From NCBI GenBank assembly GCA_905178155.1, contig CAJINV010000014.1, positions 592,116-656,115 on the forward strand: a DNA stretch of 64,000 bases, given 5' to 3'. Under the pieces are notes generated by a model. That model worked only from the letters and a program-made list of their open reading frames with translations, ran no database searches and was not told the origin of the DNA. Each line of letters begins with the position of its first letter. Within the stretch, counting starts at the first letter, position 1. The DNA comes from Amoebophrya sp. A120 (lineage: Eukaryota > Protista > Dinoflagellata). Position numbers and translations under genes: made by a program. Of this stretch, positions 24,872-37,600 are shown piece after piece.

Positions 24872-25177
24872 TATGACAGCCTCAGGTTGGAAATCCTCAA
24901 AGTGGAAATAATTTGTGACGCAAAAAAACGACTCCAGCTGAAGCGCCATTTGTAGTCGGCGCATCACAAATTTCCTGGGCCCTTAAAGCATGTCTGTCAT
25001 GCAGGTTAAGGAAAAGGGGTGCCCTTCTCTCGTGCTAAGCAGCACTCCAATTCTTCACCCCTAGCAGGACAATAGTCGATCTCCATTGTGTCCTCCGCAA
25101 TATAGTCGCTTTTGCCTTGCATTTCATGCATCACAAATTATTTCCACTTTGAGGATTTCCATTCTGAGGCTTTCATA
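24872..25177. mobile_element. TAT...ATA element, family F, ~50-bp TIR
   Basis: tttac|TATgacagcctcag..tggaaatcctcaaagtggaaataatttgtga...tcacaaattatttccactttgaggatttcca..ctgaggctttcATA|tttac. Confidence 0.92.
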
Positions 25178-25324
25178 TTTACCCAAGAGAAAACTTGCGA
25201 AATCACTGACGTGAAAGCGCGAGTCCTCCCTTCGTACGCTCCAGTTCCAGATTTTTGAGTTTGACGTGCGCAGGTTATGCGCCTCCGTTCAAAGCTTAAT
25301 CGTTCACAAGCCTAAGAGAAAAGG

Positions 25325-25526
25325 TATGCACTGCAAAAGTCAAAGCATCGTATTTACTTTGAATTGTAATCTCACGACGACGTCGCAAATGATGATCATT
25401 GTTAATATAATTTAACTTGATTTTTATGCAGCATGACAAAATGACCCGGGCCCAAATTCAATGCCAATGCGTCGTGTCTAATATGCAATTCCTACTAGTA
25501 CAATACTACTTTTGCTTTGTTGCATA
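25325..25526. mobile_element. Introner, family B, degenerate
   Basis: aaagg|TATgcactgcaaaagt...tgcATA|agagg; internal gcatgacaaa. Confidence 0.7.
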
Positions 25527-28500
25527 AGAGGGATACTCCGTCCTGACTTGAGAAAGAAACCGTAAACGAAGTGTAAAAAGGTAACTCGCTAGGGGAACAA
25601 GAGAGAGCCGACTCTTCAGAAATATCCAAGAAAAAAACTGTCTCAGCCTCAAACTCTATTTTTTTAAATCTTTTATTTGCAGACACAGCGTCGCAAATGA
25701 TTCGCGGACCAGAATATGAATATTTGCACAGTTTCTGGGGTTTTGCTGAGGGCGGTGTAAAGGAGTGTAAAGGGCGCCGTGCCCTTCCTGCCTGTCGAGA
25801 ATCAATGAGATTGAGAAAAATGACAAAAAGCATGAGAAATAAAAAAAAAAAACAAAGCCGCTGCATCACGAACAAGCTTCCGCATTACAAGAAGCTGAGA
25901 CTGAGATAGCCTTTTCTGTCGAAGATAAAAAACCACTCATGGGGATGAGCAACGGTTGCGTCAAGTCGAGTTCTCTACTTCCGTATTGTTCCCTGAAAAA
26001 ACGTCCAGGTCTGGAAATTTGCGATTCTGACGCTGAGTCGTCACTGAAAACGCGTGGTCATGGGACACCTCGCAAAGAACTGCGCTTCACGAAGCATGAC
26101 AAGTTTTGATGTTTTCTACCTTTTATTCGTCTCACACGTTGGGTAGCGCCGCACCATTCTTTTTGTTTTTACAGACTGTGTTTTGGCATCACCACAAACG
26201 AGGCCAGCAGGCCGTTTACGTTTTCGTGTGTTGTTTTTGTTCTGCTTCATCTCGTGCAACTACACAGATAGATTCTATAAAGGAACTTGTATGCAAGACG
26301 AGCAACGGAAGCTCAACTTTTCCAGACCCAGATAGTCAGACTTTCCAAGCATATTGCTCCACCCGAGGTCGTTGTTCATGTGAAATGAAACGTGTTGTTG
26401 TGTCTCGGCTTCCCGAGTTCGTTGTTGTGTTGAGGTTATCCTGAGTAGAAACTTCCCCACTAAAACATCAGAATTTACATCACGCATAGTCAGTGGCTCT
26501 CAACATCACGTGCTGGCTTCGCATGGAAGACGTAGTTTTGAATCAAAATCAAGATCATACCAGGGCTTGTGGTTGTGATGCAGCATCTGGACTAGCTAGA
26601 CTACACGAATACACTGCATGCCAAAAGCCACTCTTCTTGGCATGCACGAAAATAATTCCAATCTTGACGTCTTCATCAGGAGCAGGTGGGAGGAACGTTT
26701 TTACCCAGGATAGCGGAAGTTTAAGTTTTGTCCGTCGTGTCGTCTGGGACGGTTCGCTGAATGACGCGCGCAGGTTATGCGCCTTGGTTCAAAACTTTTA
26801 CTCCTTCGCGAATGTTGACAGAAGAGGGAACTTCTATCTAGTATCCACAAAAAGGAATTGCGGAAATTAATGTAGTTCTTGGAAACAAGATGTAGAAAGT
26901 GGTTCGATGGAATGAAGGTGTTAGTTGATAAAAATTTGAGGAAGAGTGACCGTTTGTAGTCGCAAAAATGAAAGTGGTTTGAAAGAGAAAAGCTCAATGC
27001 GATTGCGTCTACTCAAGTAAGGGAGGGGTGAGTAAGACGCACGAGATGCTCCGAGTAGCAACCCTACACCTGTAAGAAGTGTGGCGCGTTTCAAAATTTT
27101 GTTTTTGTTCATCGTCACCCTCCTCATGGGGATAAACCAGCTAAAAAAGAAGCTAGAAACGACGACGACAACGAATTTTTGCATCAACACGAGGACGTCA
27201 ATGATTTTGGACGAACCGAGCGCTTCTCCAGGGTGCTTTACAAAGGTTTAGGTTTTTTTTGCACGTCGAGGTGAACGAACCGAGAGCCGCTTCGCGAGGA
27301 GCTTTTTCTACTTTGTGCTCATCGTATGTTGCTCAGTTTGTTACATCATCAAAGTGAAATCACGAAAGTAACTGGAGGCAACAGACCGACATGGGGCATT
27401 ACGCTGATAGTTATTTGCACAAGACCCAACAGACGCTGGCTAACATCTTCTACCAGGCCTCCTGTTGGGCTCGCAACCCAGGAGCATTCTGCTGCAAGGA
27501 GTTCTTGCCTTTTTTTGTTTATTTGGGAATCGATCTCGAGTAGCTCCTCTTGCAACTTATCTATGTGACTTCTTTACTCATCGGCGAGGGCCTTGTCTAC
27601 TACTTCTATTCGTAGTGCAAAAAGGAGCTTCGTCTACCTAAAGGCATAGGCAACTGGTGGAACTACTTCTCTGTAAGGACTTGTTTGGCGGGGTTTAGGG
27701 TTTGGGGTTGGGTGGTTGACAGCTTTGAAGTATGTAAGCAAGGAGATAGTTTACAGCTACAGCGCAAATAACCCTGTATATCTATGAAACTATAACTACA
27801 TTATGACTGAGTAATTACCTTGCTTGTGAGGCTGGTCCTCTAGAAATAGAAGGTATAGATGCTTCTGCTGGTATTAGTTTTGGACCATAGTGCGAATAAG
27901 CGTTTTTAGCATATGTTAGTGTTGGAATTTTGCATGTATGTTGAAGTTTAAACTTTCACTTTGTTGATGCAAAAGCAAATTTGACATTGAATGCTTTTTG
28001 ACCTGATCGAGATCGCGCAACAACTTTGAGAATTGAAATAAGGCACACCGATATCGAGATCGAAACTCGTCATGCACATGCTATACTAGTATGACTTTCA
28101 TTTTACTTACGTACGCTAGTAAAATTCGGTGTGATGCAGGCTTTCTCTTTTCTTGCAGAAATTATTTCGGAAAATTTTGCGGATCCGCCCTCGCTACGGC
28201 TGCGTTTCGTTCTCTGGAGGAGATGCTCCGCCTGCGTCTCTGCTGGTTGTGGTTGTCGCAACAGCAACATTATCAACTGCAAATACGTTAATATCTGGGT
28301 CCTGGTCCGGAATAGCAAAAAAGCAGATGCTTGTTAAGTATGCGAATTTCGATCTTGTTCTTGCATGGCCCATGCACGTGATCATGTAGTCTAGGGTTCA
28401 CGATTTTTTCCCAGCATGACCACAGGTTTTCATCCCTTTGCGAGGGCGGCGCAATTATCTATGCTTACTCTACTGCAGGAGGGACGAACCTCTTGCTGAA

Positions 28501-29110
28501 GATCTTGTTGAAGTCCTAGCATCAACCGGTAGCCTGATGAAGATCAAGTGGACAGAAGCCTTTTCCTTTTCTTGAAATTTCATCTTGATGTCACCCGCCC
28601 TGCATGACAGCTTTGTGCGTCGTTGTGCCTGACAGAGAGCGCCACAACGTCCACCTGATATTGTTTTCGTCTTGACGACCCAGACATGATTTAGTTGCAG
28701 CCTGCATAAGCTTGCAGGAGCCCAAACTCGGCGTAGTCTTAACGAGGATGATCGTCGATGTATCATCTATCCTGAATAAAACCGCACCGCGCCAGTCTTG
28801 TGATGCAAATCTACAATATGCCCGCATTGTCGTGTCTGTCTCATTCACAGCAGCTCCATGTGCTGGAGCATTTTGTGAAAATGCTATCTGGAAATTCGTC
28901 ATGCTCGAATCAGATTTAGGCAGTCGGTTTCTACTTATGCGGTTGCCACAGGGACATACCATTACTGCCCTACAGACCCAAAGTTGTCATGCACGGCAGC
29001 CAAAATCTCTACCTGGCTTGTGTAGCAAAAAATCATCTTCCATTTTTTACTAGAACATTATGGACGCGTGGGAACGTTTTTCCTCAGGATACGTACAGAC
29101 CCTGGCATGA

Positions 29111-30331
29111 CGTTTTTTGAACAGGATTCTTCTCCGCTGGTACAACAGATGCTGGAGCTAGAACTTACTACTATAGTAGAGGCGGCTAACGATGAACCTG
29201 CACCCCTCCCACGTATCATGCAAACCCCAGGGTACATACACATGCATATAGGGGGGACGGGGAAAATCAGCGCTACCCAGGCAGGCCCACCGAAAGTCTT
29301 AAGCCGGCCAATGTAGTAACTTCACGCGCCAGACGGGAGCACACGTCAAACCCTAAACCCTGTCTAAGTTATCATTCTCTTACAACTAGTTTTTTCGTCT
29401 AACCATACAAACTTATTATTTTTTTCATGCATTTCACCTCGGCCGGATTGACGCAGTCACGTAGGCCGGGCTCAACGCAGCAGTCAGGCAGACCTAACCA
29501 CCACGTCGGCCGTAAAACAGATTTGCGTTTGTCAGAAGTTTGCAGGTAGGATAGAGATGAAGAAAACCTTTTGCAGACTAGAGAAGCTAAAAACAAAGCT
29601 CCGAGGAGCTGGGCTGGAATGGACTAGAAGACTATGCTCCGAAGAGCTACGCCGGAGAGGTTTGGAAAAACTATGCTCCGAAGAGCGGACCTGGGGGAGC
29701 TAAAACAAAACTAAACACTTGGACTCTGGCTTTTGATAACTTCTTGTTTAAATTTTTCACAGAAAGGCAAAGCAACAACTTTTTCGAACTCGAGTGCAGT
29801 TTTAGGCGGGGACAAGGCGATACGTATGAGATCCTTGAACGGCTTAACATTTGTGGGCTTTTGCTAGCGTTACAAGGTCACATTTACCACCATAGCATCG
29901 GAACAAGGCGAGCTTGATGGATTCACTGCACTAAGAAAAAGAAGTATGTACATGACATCTGTTTGCTCTCGCGTCAAACGACGTTTTCAGTACGAGGACC
30001 AAGATAAATCATAACTCACTCCTCGGCCCTCCCCCGATGTCAAGGTAATAAAGAAGTTTGATTGTTTAAAAGAAAAAAAAACAAAGCCAAGCCCAGCGTT
30101 AGTTTGACTTTTATCGAGATTAATTATAGCGCTAGATCACGTTCAGTTTTTTTTTGGGAGATTTTTTAGCTTATCGTAACCGTGAGAAGTACAAGATGAT
30201 CGCATCACGTATACCATGGTAAGTGCAAAGCAGCAGGAGATCAAAAAAAAACACAAGCCGCGACCACGTGTCTAAAAAAGGTGGCACGCCGTTTTTTGAA
30301 CAGGATTCTTCTCCGCTGGTACAACAGATGC
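29111..30331. repeat. Pair of identical 42-bp direct repeats (29111-29152 and 30290-30331)
   Basis: cgttttttgaacaggattcttctccgctggtacaacagatgc occurs twice, 1179 bp apart. Confidence 0.9.
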
Positions 30332-30966
30332 AGACCCCGTGCAGAACTGCTTTCACCGATGATAATATGCGAGATCTTACACGTCCATCCCGCATCAATG
30401 TAATACGTTTGATTGAAACTCTTATATATATTGCAAAAACTTACTTCGATCTCTATTATCACGCAGGAAGAACTGCGACGGCTCCATTGCAACGCTCAGT
30501 CACGGTTCTTTCTCTTTGCAATAGAAAAAAATGAAAATTCCTCGTTTCGAAGGGGCCCGCTTGATCGTAACAATGTCAAGGGCACTAAAAAGAATCTCTT
30601 CCACACAGTGTGAGTGTTCTTCGTGTTGTCAAAACATTACCATGATTCATAATTTCATTTCGCACAGTCGAGATGTTCTCTAACGGGCATAAACTATAAC
30701 TAAAACAAGTAGACAAACGGAGTTCATAAACTTGTTCTGCTCGATTGCAAAATACCTGTAGAAGATGAAACTCAACTAGTTTCCGCACTCAGTCTGTGAT
30801 ATGCAAAAAATGGCCTGAAGCTTTTCAAAGTTGTGATGTAGCCTTCTTATTGTTTTTACGCCCATGCGTAGATGAGATCTGACTTTGCTTAGGATAAAAA
30901 CAGCCATAAAAAAATCATAGTCATTTGATATCGAATTCGAACTCGAACTGGAGCAGGAGCTTTTTA

Positions 30967-31116
30967 TATGCACTGCAAAAGTATCGTACTCGTATAAATG
31001 CATGACAAAATTTTCTCAGCATAAAAAGAAATAAAATTTGTCATGCTGATTTACCTTAAAAATATTTGTAATGCGAGACCTGCATTTATACGAGTACGAT
31101 ACTTTTGCACTGGATA
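30967..31116. mobile_element. Introner, family B, perfect 29-bp inverted repeat
   Basis: 30974-31002 (tgcaaaagtatcgtactcgtataaatgca) is the exact reverse complement of 31081-31109; flanks tttta/gctta. Confidence 0.92.
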
Positions 31117-31118
31117 GC

Positions 31119-34100
31119 TTACGCAGGAGGACAAGCAAATAGCTCGAAGTCAATTTGGGAGAGCAGGTCCTGCCAGGAGAGATCACCAAGCGTATTCGAC
31201 GTGAGCTGCTGACGACGAGATTGACGTCTGCGCGACGTGATTTCCGCGGGCCCAAGGTGCGCCGCCCCTCCACCGCTGCCCGCAGGTCCGCCATCCGCGG
31301 CCTTTTCTGTGCTGGTAGTGGCGCTCGTGGTCCCAGGACGATGCTCATGCTTGCTTGCGCGGTTCTGCGAGCGGAGAGGAGAGGGTAATTTGTCAGGCAC
31401 GACAGCCAGCCGCGCCGACGTCCTGACGGTCCGGTAGCCTTCGACGAAGTTGCCCAACTTCTGAAAGAGATCCGGGAGAAATTTCTTCCGCAGCCCGGGG
31501 TTGGCCAGGATGTGGGGGTGCCAGCCCAAGCTGCTGTGTGTGAGCGCAATGCCCTGCTGCAACTGCACGTCGAGACTGAGGCTAAGCAGGACCAGCACAA
31601 CATAGGGCGTCACCCGAAACTGGCTCCACAACTGTAGCTCCTCGGAAAGGTTGTAGCGAGAACAACTAGGTTGATACGAATTAACGTTGTCTTGCGACGA
31701 ATTTTCTTCTCCGTAGTTCTTGTTCCTGCCGCCCGTGCTGTGGTCATCTACTGCAGTCTGGTAGTTGATGTGGCGGTGCATTATTGAAAGGAAAAATCCC
31801 CCCTCACCATACCGAAAAGGTACACTTTTGGAAATTTGTGACGCTGATTTGTGGCCACAAATCGTGTCTGTCTTGCAAGAAGGCAACTCCACAGACAACC
31901 GCCACATTGTGCAGACGATTTGTCATGCTGTTGGGCCTACAGCGCGGACGTTTTTCGTGCTAACCCGTCTAACTCCTCGCCCTTGGTATTGGCCTGCAGT
32001 GCTCTCCGGCAAGACAGCTCGGATTTGTGTACACAAATCCAGCATCAGAAATTTCCTTTTGATATGCGGAGGGGTGATTTTTCCTTTCGATATGCATCTT
32101 TAAAAATTCCGAGTACCTTGCCATTCTCGACACCAGTTCCGGGAGGGAAGTACTTATCCTGTGCAAAAGTATCGCACTCGTATAAATGCAAGTCTTGCGT
32201 CGCAATTTTTTTTCTTAAGGTAAATCCGCATGACAAATTTTATTTCTCATGCTGGGGAAATTTGTAATGCATTTATACGAGTACGACACTTTTGCAGTTC
32301 ATAGTACTTGAGCCGGCCCGACTCGTATCCAAGAAAAAAAGCATTACTACATGACGTTGTGGCGATGCTGGTGCGCACTTTTTGTATCTAGCCCTTCTGT
32401 AGCAACAGCATCAGCACGTCAAATACATACGTAAGTGTTCGCTGCGGATGACAAAGAATACTTGCAGCAGAGGCGCTGCTGAGAGCAAGACCAGAAAGGG
32501 AACTAGCCTGCAAGCCGCGTGGTCTCGGGCATGATATTAGAAGTTGTCCGTCTTGCTATAGCTGCAAGAACACAGTGTTCTCGTGTAAGGTCGTGACTGT
32601 AACGCTAATAATTTCTTCTTTGCATAGTCCAACAAGCTCGATGAGAGAAGTGTTGCTCCGCCGCCGCCTGCTGGTCGGGATGTTGTCGTCCACATGCCTC
32701 CTGCTTCTTGCAGCAGCCGCGTTGACATAGCCGGTGGGTCACCGGAGCTGGCCTCGTCGTTTAGACCCGCTCGTCTCGGCGGGGCACTGGGTAAAAATGC
32801 TGGCCTCGCAGCTCCTGCGTTCGCACTCCGTCCTCCCGCGTCGTCGGACCGTGTTCCTCGTGCGTCGTCTTCCTCACCTCCACCGATTTTTCCTATGGCG
32901 CTCTCAAACGTTACATTCTCAACTGTTGCATGAATTTTCCATGCAAAAGCACCCTAAGCCGGCAGATGATCGAGCTGCTTCGCATGACAAATTTCGGGAG
33001 GGCTAGACAGCATCTAAATCTGCGCCAAACTTGTAATGCAAAAGGCGCAATCTTCCTCCTTCCAATTTTGCCAGTCTTGCATTACAAATTCATGTAACAG
33101 CTGAGAATGTAACATTTGAGAACTCCATATTTCCCTCGCGTGGTCTGTGATGCGGCCTTTCTGCGTCGATTCCAACCGTAAGATGTCCGTCCGGAGGGGC
33201 TGCGCCTGCAGCTGCGCCAACACCTTCCTGCGCATCGTTGTCTTGATGCAGCTCCTTGTAGTTGGCACGATTTCGATTATCGTCATCGCCATCCTCATCA
33301 TCGTAAAAAGGTCCTTCGACATCGCCCGCAAGTTTGTGAAACGAGCCGCCGGCTGTACGGGATTTCATCGCCCCCCCTCTCGAGTTGTCCCCCCGCTGGT
33401 CTAACTGCGACAAATTCAGCTTTGCAACAGGACCGCCGCCAGTGGTACCAGAAGACGACAAGAGCTTCTTGGATCTGCCCCCCAGATCAATCGCATCATT
33501 CAGGTTCTCATCGAGATCTTCCTCGTCGAGCGAGCGGGGGCCCAAGGCGGGTAAGAACTCATCGGCGTCCTGCGGCAACGGAAGCTTCTGTGTGGTGTTA
33601 AACATGTTTGGATCCACGGCCGCGTCTTCGGCAGCGCCCACCGCCCCGTCGTCGTGGCTAATGGCAGTGCCAAAAAAACCGCCGTCTTGTAGGCCAGCGC
33701 CGGTTCTGTTTTTCGCAGTACCCTGCTCTGCGAATCCGGCACCGTGCGCCGTACTGTAGTTAGAGGTCACGGTGAGCGTATTCAAGGACCGCTGGGAATC
33801 CAGTGCGTGTAGTTCCAGTGGCCCCCCTCCGAAGACCCCCGCGGCCCTGCCGTCACTCCCGCCCCGCCCCGCAAGAGCATGATGTTGCATGGAGCTCATT
33901 TCATCGAAAAAACTGCTCGCGTGATCATGTGGTGGACGTCCTCCACAGGTAAGCGTGGGGAAACTTTCTTCCAGGAACAGAATATTTTGATTCGTTCCGA
34001 ATAAACCTAGTTGTAAAACTTGTTCTTCCACCCGCATTGTCTCTTGCCTGGTGGAAGATGACGTCGACATGGCGGACTTCGACTCTTTTGTGGAGCTTTT

Positions 34101-34379
34101 TGCATTCTTGCGATAGTACGCAGAGGCCACATCCTCTTGAAAAAATTTCCAAAATTCCGGATTCCGCAGATTTTTCTCGACAAACGAATCGGGATCGAAT
34201 ATGAGCCGCTCGGCTGCTGTTTTCTTTCGTGGCCCTGCGGCCGGCTGCGGGCGCGCGTCTTCGGTCGCTGCATTTTTCGGGTGGTCTGCGTCCTCTTCCT
34301 CGCCCGTCATTTTTCCGCCCGGATGATCTGCGGACCCGATGCCCACCACGAGCACATCCACGAATATGAGAATGGACAA
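31119..34379 (-). CDS. Multi-exon hypothetical protein (separate gene or 3' part of the kinase gene)
   Basis: In-frame joins REG|KIGGGEED, GSST|SLPELVSRM and EFLKM|HRHINYQ; one intron at about 32330-32590 and the 5' end are unresolved. Confidence 0.6.
31782..32092. mobile_element. Introner, family E
   Basis: tgcat|TATtgaaaggaaaaatccccctc...gaggggtgatttttcctttcgATA|tgcat; in-frame join. Confidence 0.9.
32155..32303. mobile_element. Introner, family B, inverted relative to 30967-31116
   Basis: gtact|TATcctgtgcaaaagtatcgcactcgtataaatgca...tgcatttatacgagtacgacacttttgcagttcATA|gtact. Confidence 0.92.
32894..33129. mobile_element. Introner, family D, ~44-bp TIR
   Basis: tttcc|TATggcgctctcaaacgttacattctca...tgagaatgtaacatttgagaactccATA|tttcc; in-frame join. 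Confidence 0.92.
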
Positions 34380-34613
34380 ACTCCTCCCACCCTCACAGCA
34401 GGGGCTCGGGCTTCGTACTAATTATATCAAGCTCAAGCTGCATCAAAAAAAACTATATGCACGTCTTCACAGTCATGTAGCTAGCCTCTGCATGATGACA
34501 GCTTCTTCACGCTTGGTCTGTAATACTGTTTCTGTTCGGGTCGCCTGCTCGCTCGAAAACTTTGAAAACAACTCATACCAACTTACTATGCTGTAACTGC
34601 AGCAAATAGTATT

Positions 34614-37600
34614 TTATACGAAAGAAAGACCACAGAGCTGAAGTTGGTTTTTCGATTTCCCGAGAAATTGAAATACAATTACAAATACGTCGGGGGAGCT
34701 GCATAAAATTGAGTTATAATCCACTACTTTCGTAAAAAACTCCGGATTGTGGTAGAATACGCGGCGGGAAGTGTCGATGAGCAGTAGCGAGCTTCCCCGA
34801 TTCTGTACACAGATCGGCCGCAACTTTGGATAAAAGCAAAACAGTACCACCTTTTGCTTCTTCGTCGCCGGTACTATCTTGGTTTTTTTTCTCCACGAGG
34901 ACCTCCTCGAGAGTTGTTCTACTCCTTGAGCAGGACCGCCAGCAGTTCCCGTGCTCCTCCTCGACGAAGATGATTGTACGGAGGAAGCCCCGGCAGCAGG
35001 ACGAGAGCCAAAAGGCCCATCGCTCGTCGTCACGGTACTCATTCCCTGGTCCACCTGTGAACCACCACTATTAAGGCGGACCACCTCTGCGCAAGAAGGG
35101 ATGTACGTAACGTGGCATAACGAGTCCTGCTGCGGTGGCGTCGATAGAAGCAGCTTCAGCGCGTCGTCTTTATTTACTCCGGCGACGAGTCCACCTTGTG
35201 CATGCGGCGCATCTCCCCCTGGTGGCTTTATCGATATCATGTGTAAAAACGTTCCAGCCCCGGAAGCACGATGCGGCCTTTGATACACAAACCAACGAAC
35301 GGATTTTGGGTGTAGCTGCTGCTGCGCATGACGGTAGTTTTAGTAGGCTCGCAGTCTGACCCTGTGTAGCCAGCGCAAGGGAAGACATCGCTGCAAATCG
35401 CCTTCCTTATCCTGAGAGTCTGATGCTAGCACGAGCATGACAAACTCCTAGGCAGCATGATGTTGAGAAAATGCCCCTCATGTTGTATCAGCGCATGATC
35501 AGTATTTGAGAATACACATACCCTGCTCAGGAGATTTTGATTTAGCGTGCGAATAATTTCTATGAGTATCTCTGGTGGGCGTGACCGCGTGGGGACGTTG
35601 ACGTTTTCTCAGGATAAAAATCGTCGACCCCGTCTGGTTGTATCTATCGTCCTCGGCGCCGTGGTTCTTCGCCCCTTGCCATGCCACCCCGTCTGGGGGA
35701 TGAGGGTCTCCGTTGTCATCACCACGAGCCAGGTCTTCTTCCGCAACGACCTCTTGCGTGGTGTGCCGTTCTTCCGGCCCCGAGGATGATCCCCCTCCCG
35801 TAGTCCCGCTGGCGTACGTATTTCTGACCCTGTCATGATGATCTTCACCTGCTTCATGTGTTCTTCCAGTCTCATCTTGGCCAACATGATCCTGGAGCAG
35901 TTTTTCGCACGAAGAAAAGGTCGCGAAAAAACACCCACGGAGGAGCTGGCACACTGAAGCTGCGAGGTGTTGTCGGTCCGATGCAGAAGGTACTATAGTC
36001 GTGCCCGCAGCCTGTATCGTCCGCATCTTCGAGGAGGAAAAGTCACCTTCATCTTCCCGATCAACAATGTGCAGTGTGACGAAAGACGACGTCGTGGCTG
36101 AACCACCACCCAGCTGCTGGTGGGCTGGTCGTGGTACCGACAGGGTCACTCGCTCTTCCTGATAGCAGCCTAAAGTGACACAGGAGACAAACTGCTGGTC
36201 TTCTTGATCTTGTTGGTCAACATGATCTACTTCGTGTTGCGATGGATGTAGGTCCCCGCCCGATGAATCCTCGTCCTTCCTCTGTTCTTCGTTCCTCTGC
36301 AAGCTCGTCCACCAGTGTGCTGCCAGCCTCTCCTATCCCACGGCAAAAGTGTATACAGTTTACACGTTGATGATGGTTGATGTCAATTTAGCAACACAAA
36401 TTTTCTCTCCATCAGAGATGAAAGAGCCTTGGAATGCAGAGATCAAAAGGGAGAACACGTATGTTGAAACAACAATGCTCCTTTGCATATCTGGCATGAC
36501 AGAGCTTGTCTGTGTTGTTTGGTCTGGCTGCAACGCAATCTCTAACTGCAATTGTGACAATTTTCTCTTTGCATATTTCCTTCCTCCGGTCCTCTTCCGC
36601 CTGCTCTTCCAGCACCGGGGTGGGAAACTTCATATGCATTGCAAAAGTATGGCACTATTTGTATGAATAGCAAATACAATTACAAATTTTCACAAGAACA
36701 AAATTCAAATTGCAATGCTGTCGTGCAGATTCAACAGCTAAGGAAGCAAACCTGTCATGCAGTGACAGTGTTGCCACTTATACGAGTACGATACTTTTGC
36801 AGAGCATACTTCAAACTGGGTGCACATTTCGGAAGTTTGTCGTTTCCCGCCTCCTCTTCAAGCAGCGTCGGGAGGAACTCGTAGTGGAAGTTGCGATATG
36901 CCTTGCAACAATGAAAACTATCGTTCTATCTGGTAGTACCAAATTGCAACACAACAAGTTTCATTCTTGTTTCCAACTGGAGCAAAGGTGGAATTCGAAT
37001 TCGTAATGCTGACAGAGTCTTCTGCAGATTGGCCACTTGTCTGTGTTGCATGATGATTGCAATCAAGTGCTAACTCGGTACGACCAGCCAGTGCGATAGT
37101 CCTTCTCCGCAGTTGATATGCGGATGAGCTCGGCAATTTTCGGCCTCCGATTGGGATCCTTTTGCAACACGAAGCGCATGTACCGTGTCATTGCGCTGGA
37201 GTTCCCGAGCTTCGCTTGGTGTCGGGGCTGGACCAAGTGGTGCTCCCCTGTCCTCTGTTGCGCGACCACACCTCCCCCCGCACTGCTGTTCATCATGGCG
37301 CCGCTCATGCCGATGACTTCGTACTCGCTGAAGGGCGCGGTCCCGAGCAGCACCTGGTAGAACAGGATCCCGCAGCTCCAGATGTCGGAGGCCAGCGAGA
37401 TCAAGTCTTGCGTCAAGTGTTTCTTTCGTCGATCATAGTTTTCGTGCTGCTTATCCTGCAGCTTCGTTTGCAGCGCCATCTCCGGTGGTTGCAGCTCGAT
37501 CGCCCCCCGGGCCTTCTCCGACCCCGTGCCCGACTGGGCCCACCCAATTTCGAAGTCAAAACTTTTCGCCGCCGCCCTGGCCGACGAGGAGGTTGAGGAC

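Noticed and set aside
27691-27710. True telomere or chromosome end
   Set aside because: Only about two TTTAGGG-like units, located internally.
29585-29712. Short repeats with spacers resembling a mini CRISPR array
   Set aside because: Only two exact 17-mers and one degenerate copy, in a eukaryotic context with no cas genes.
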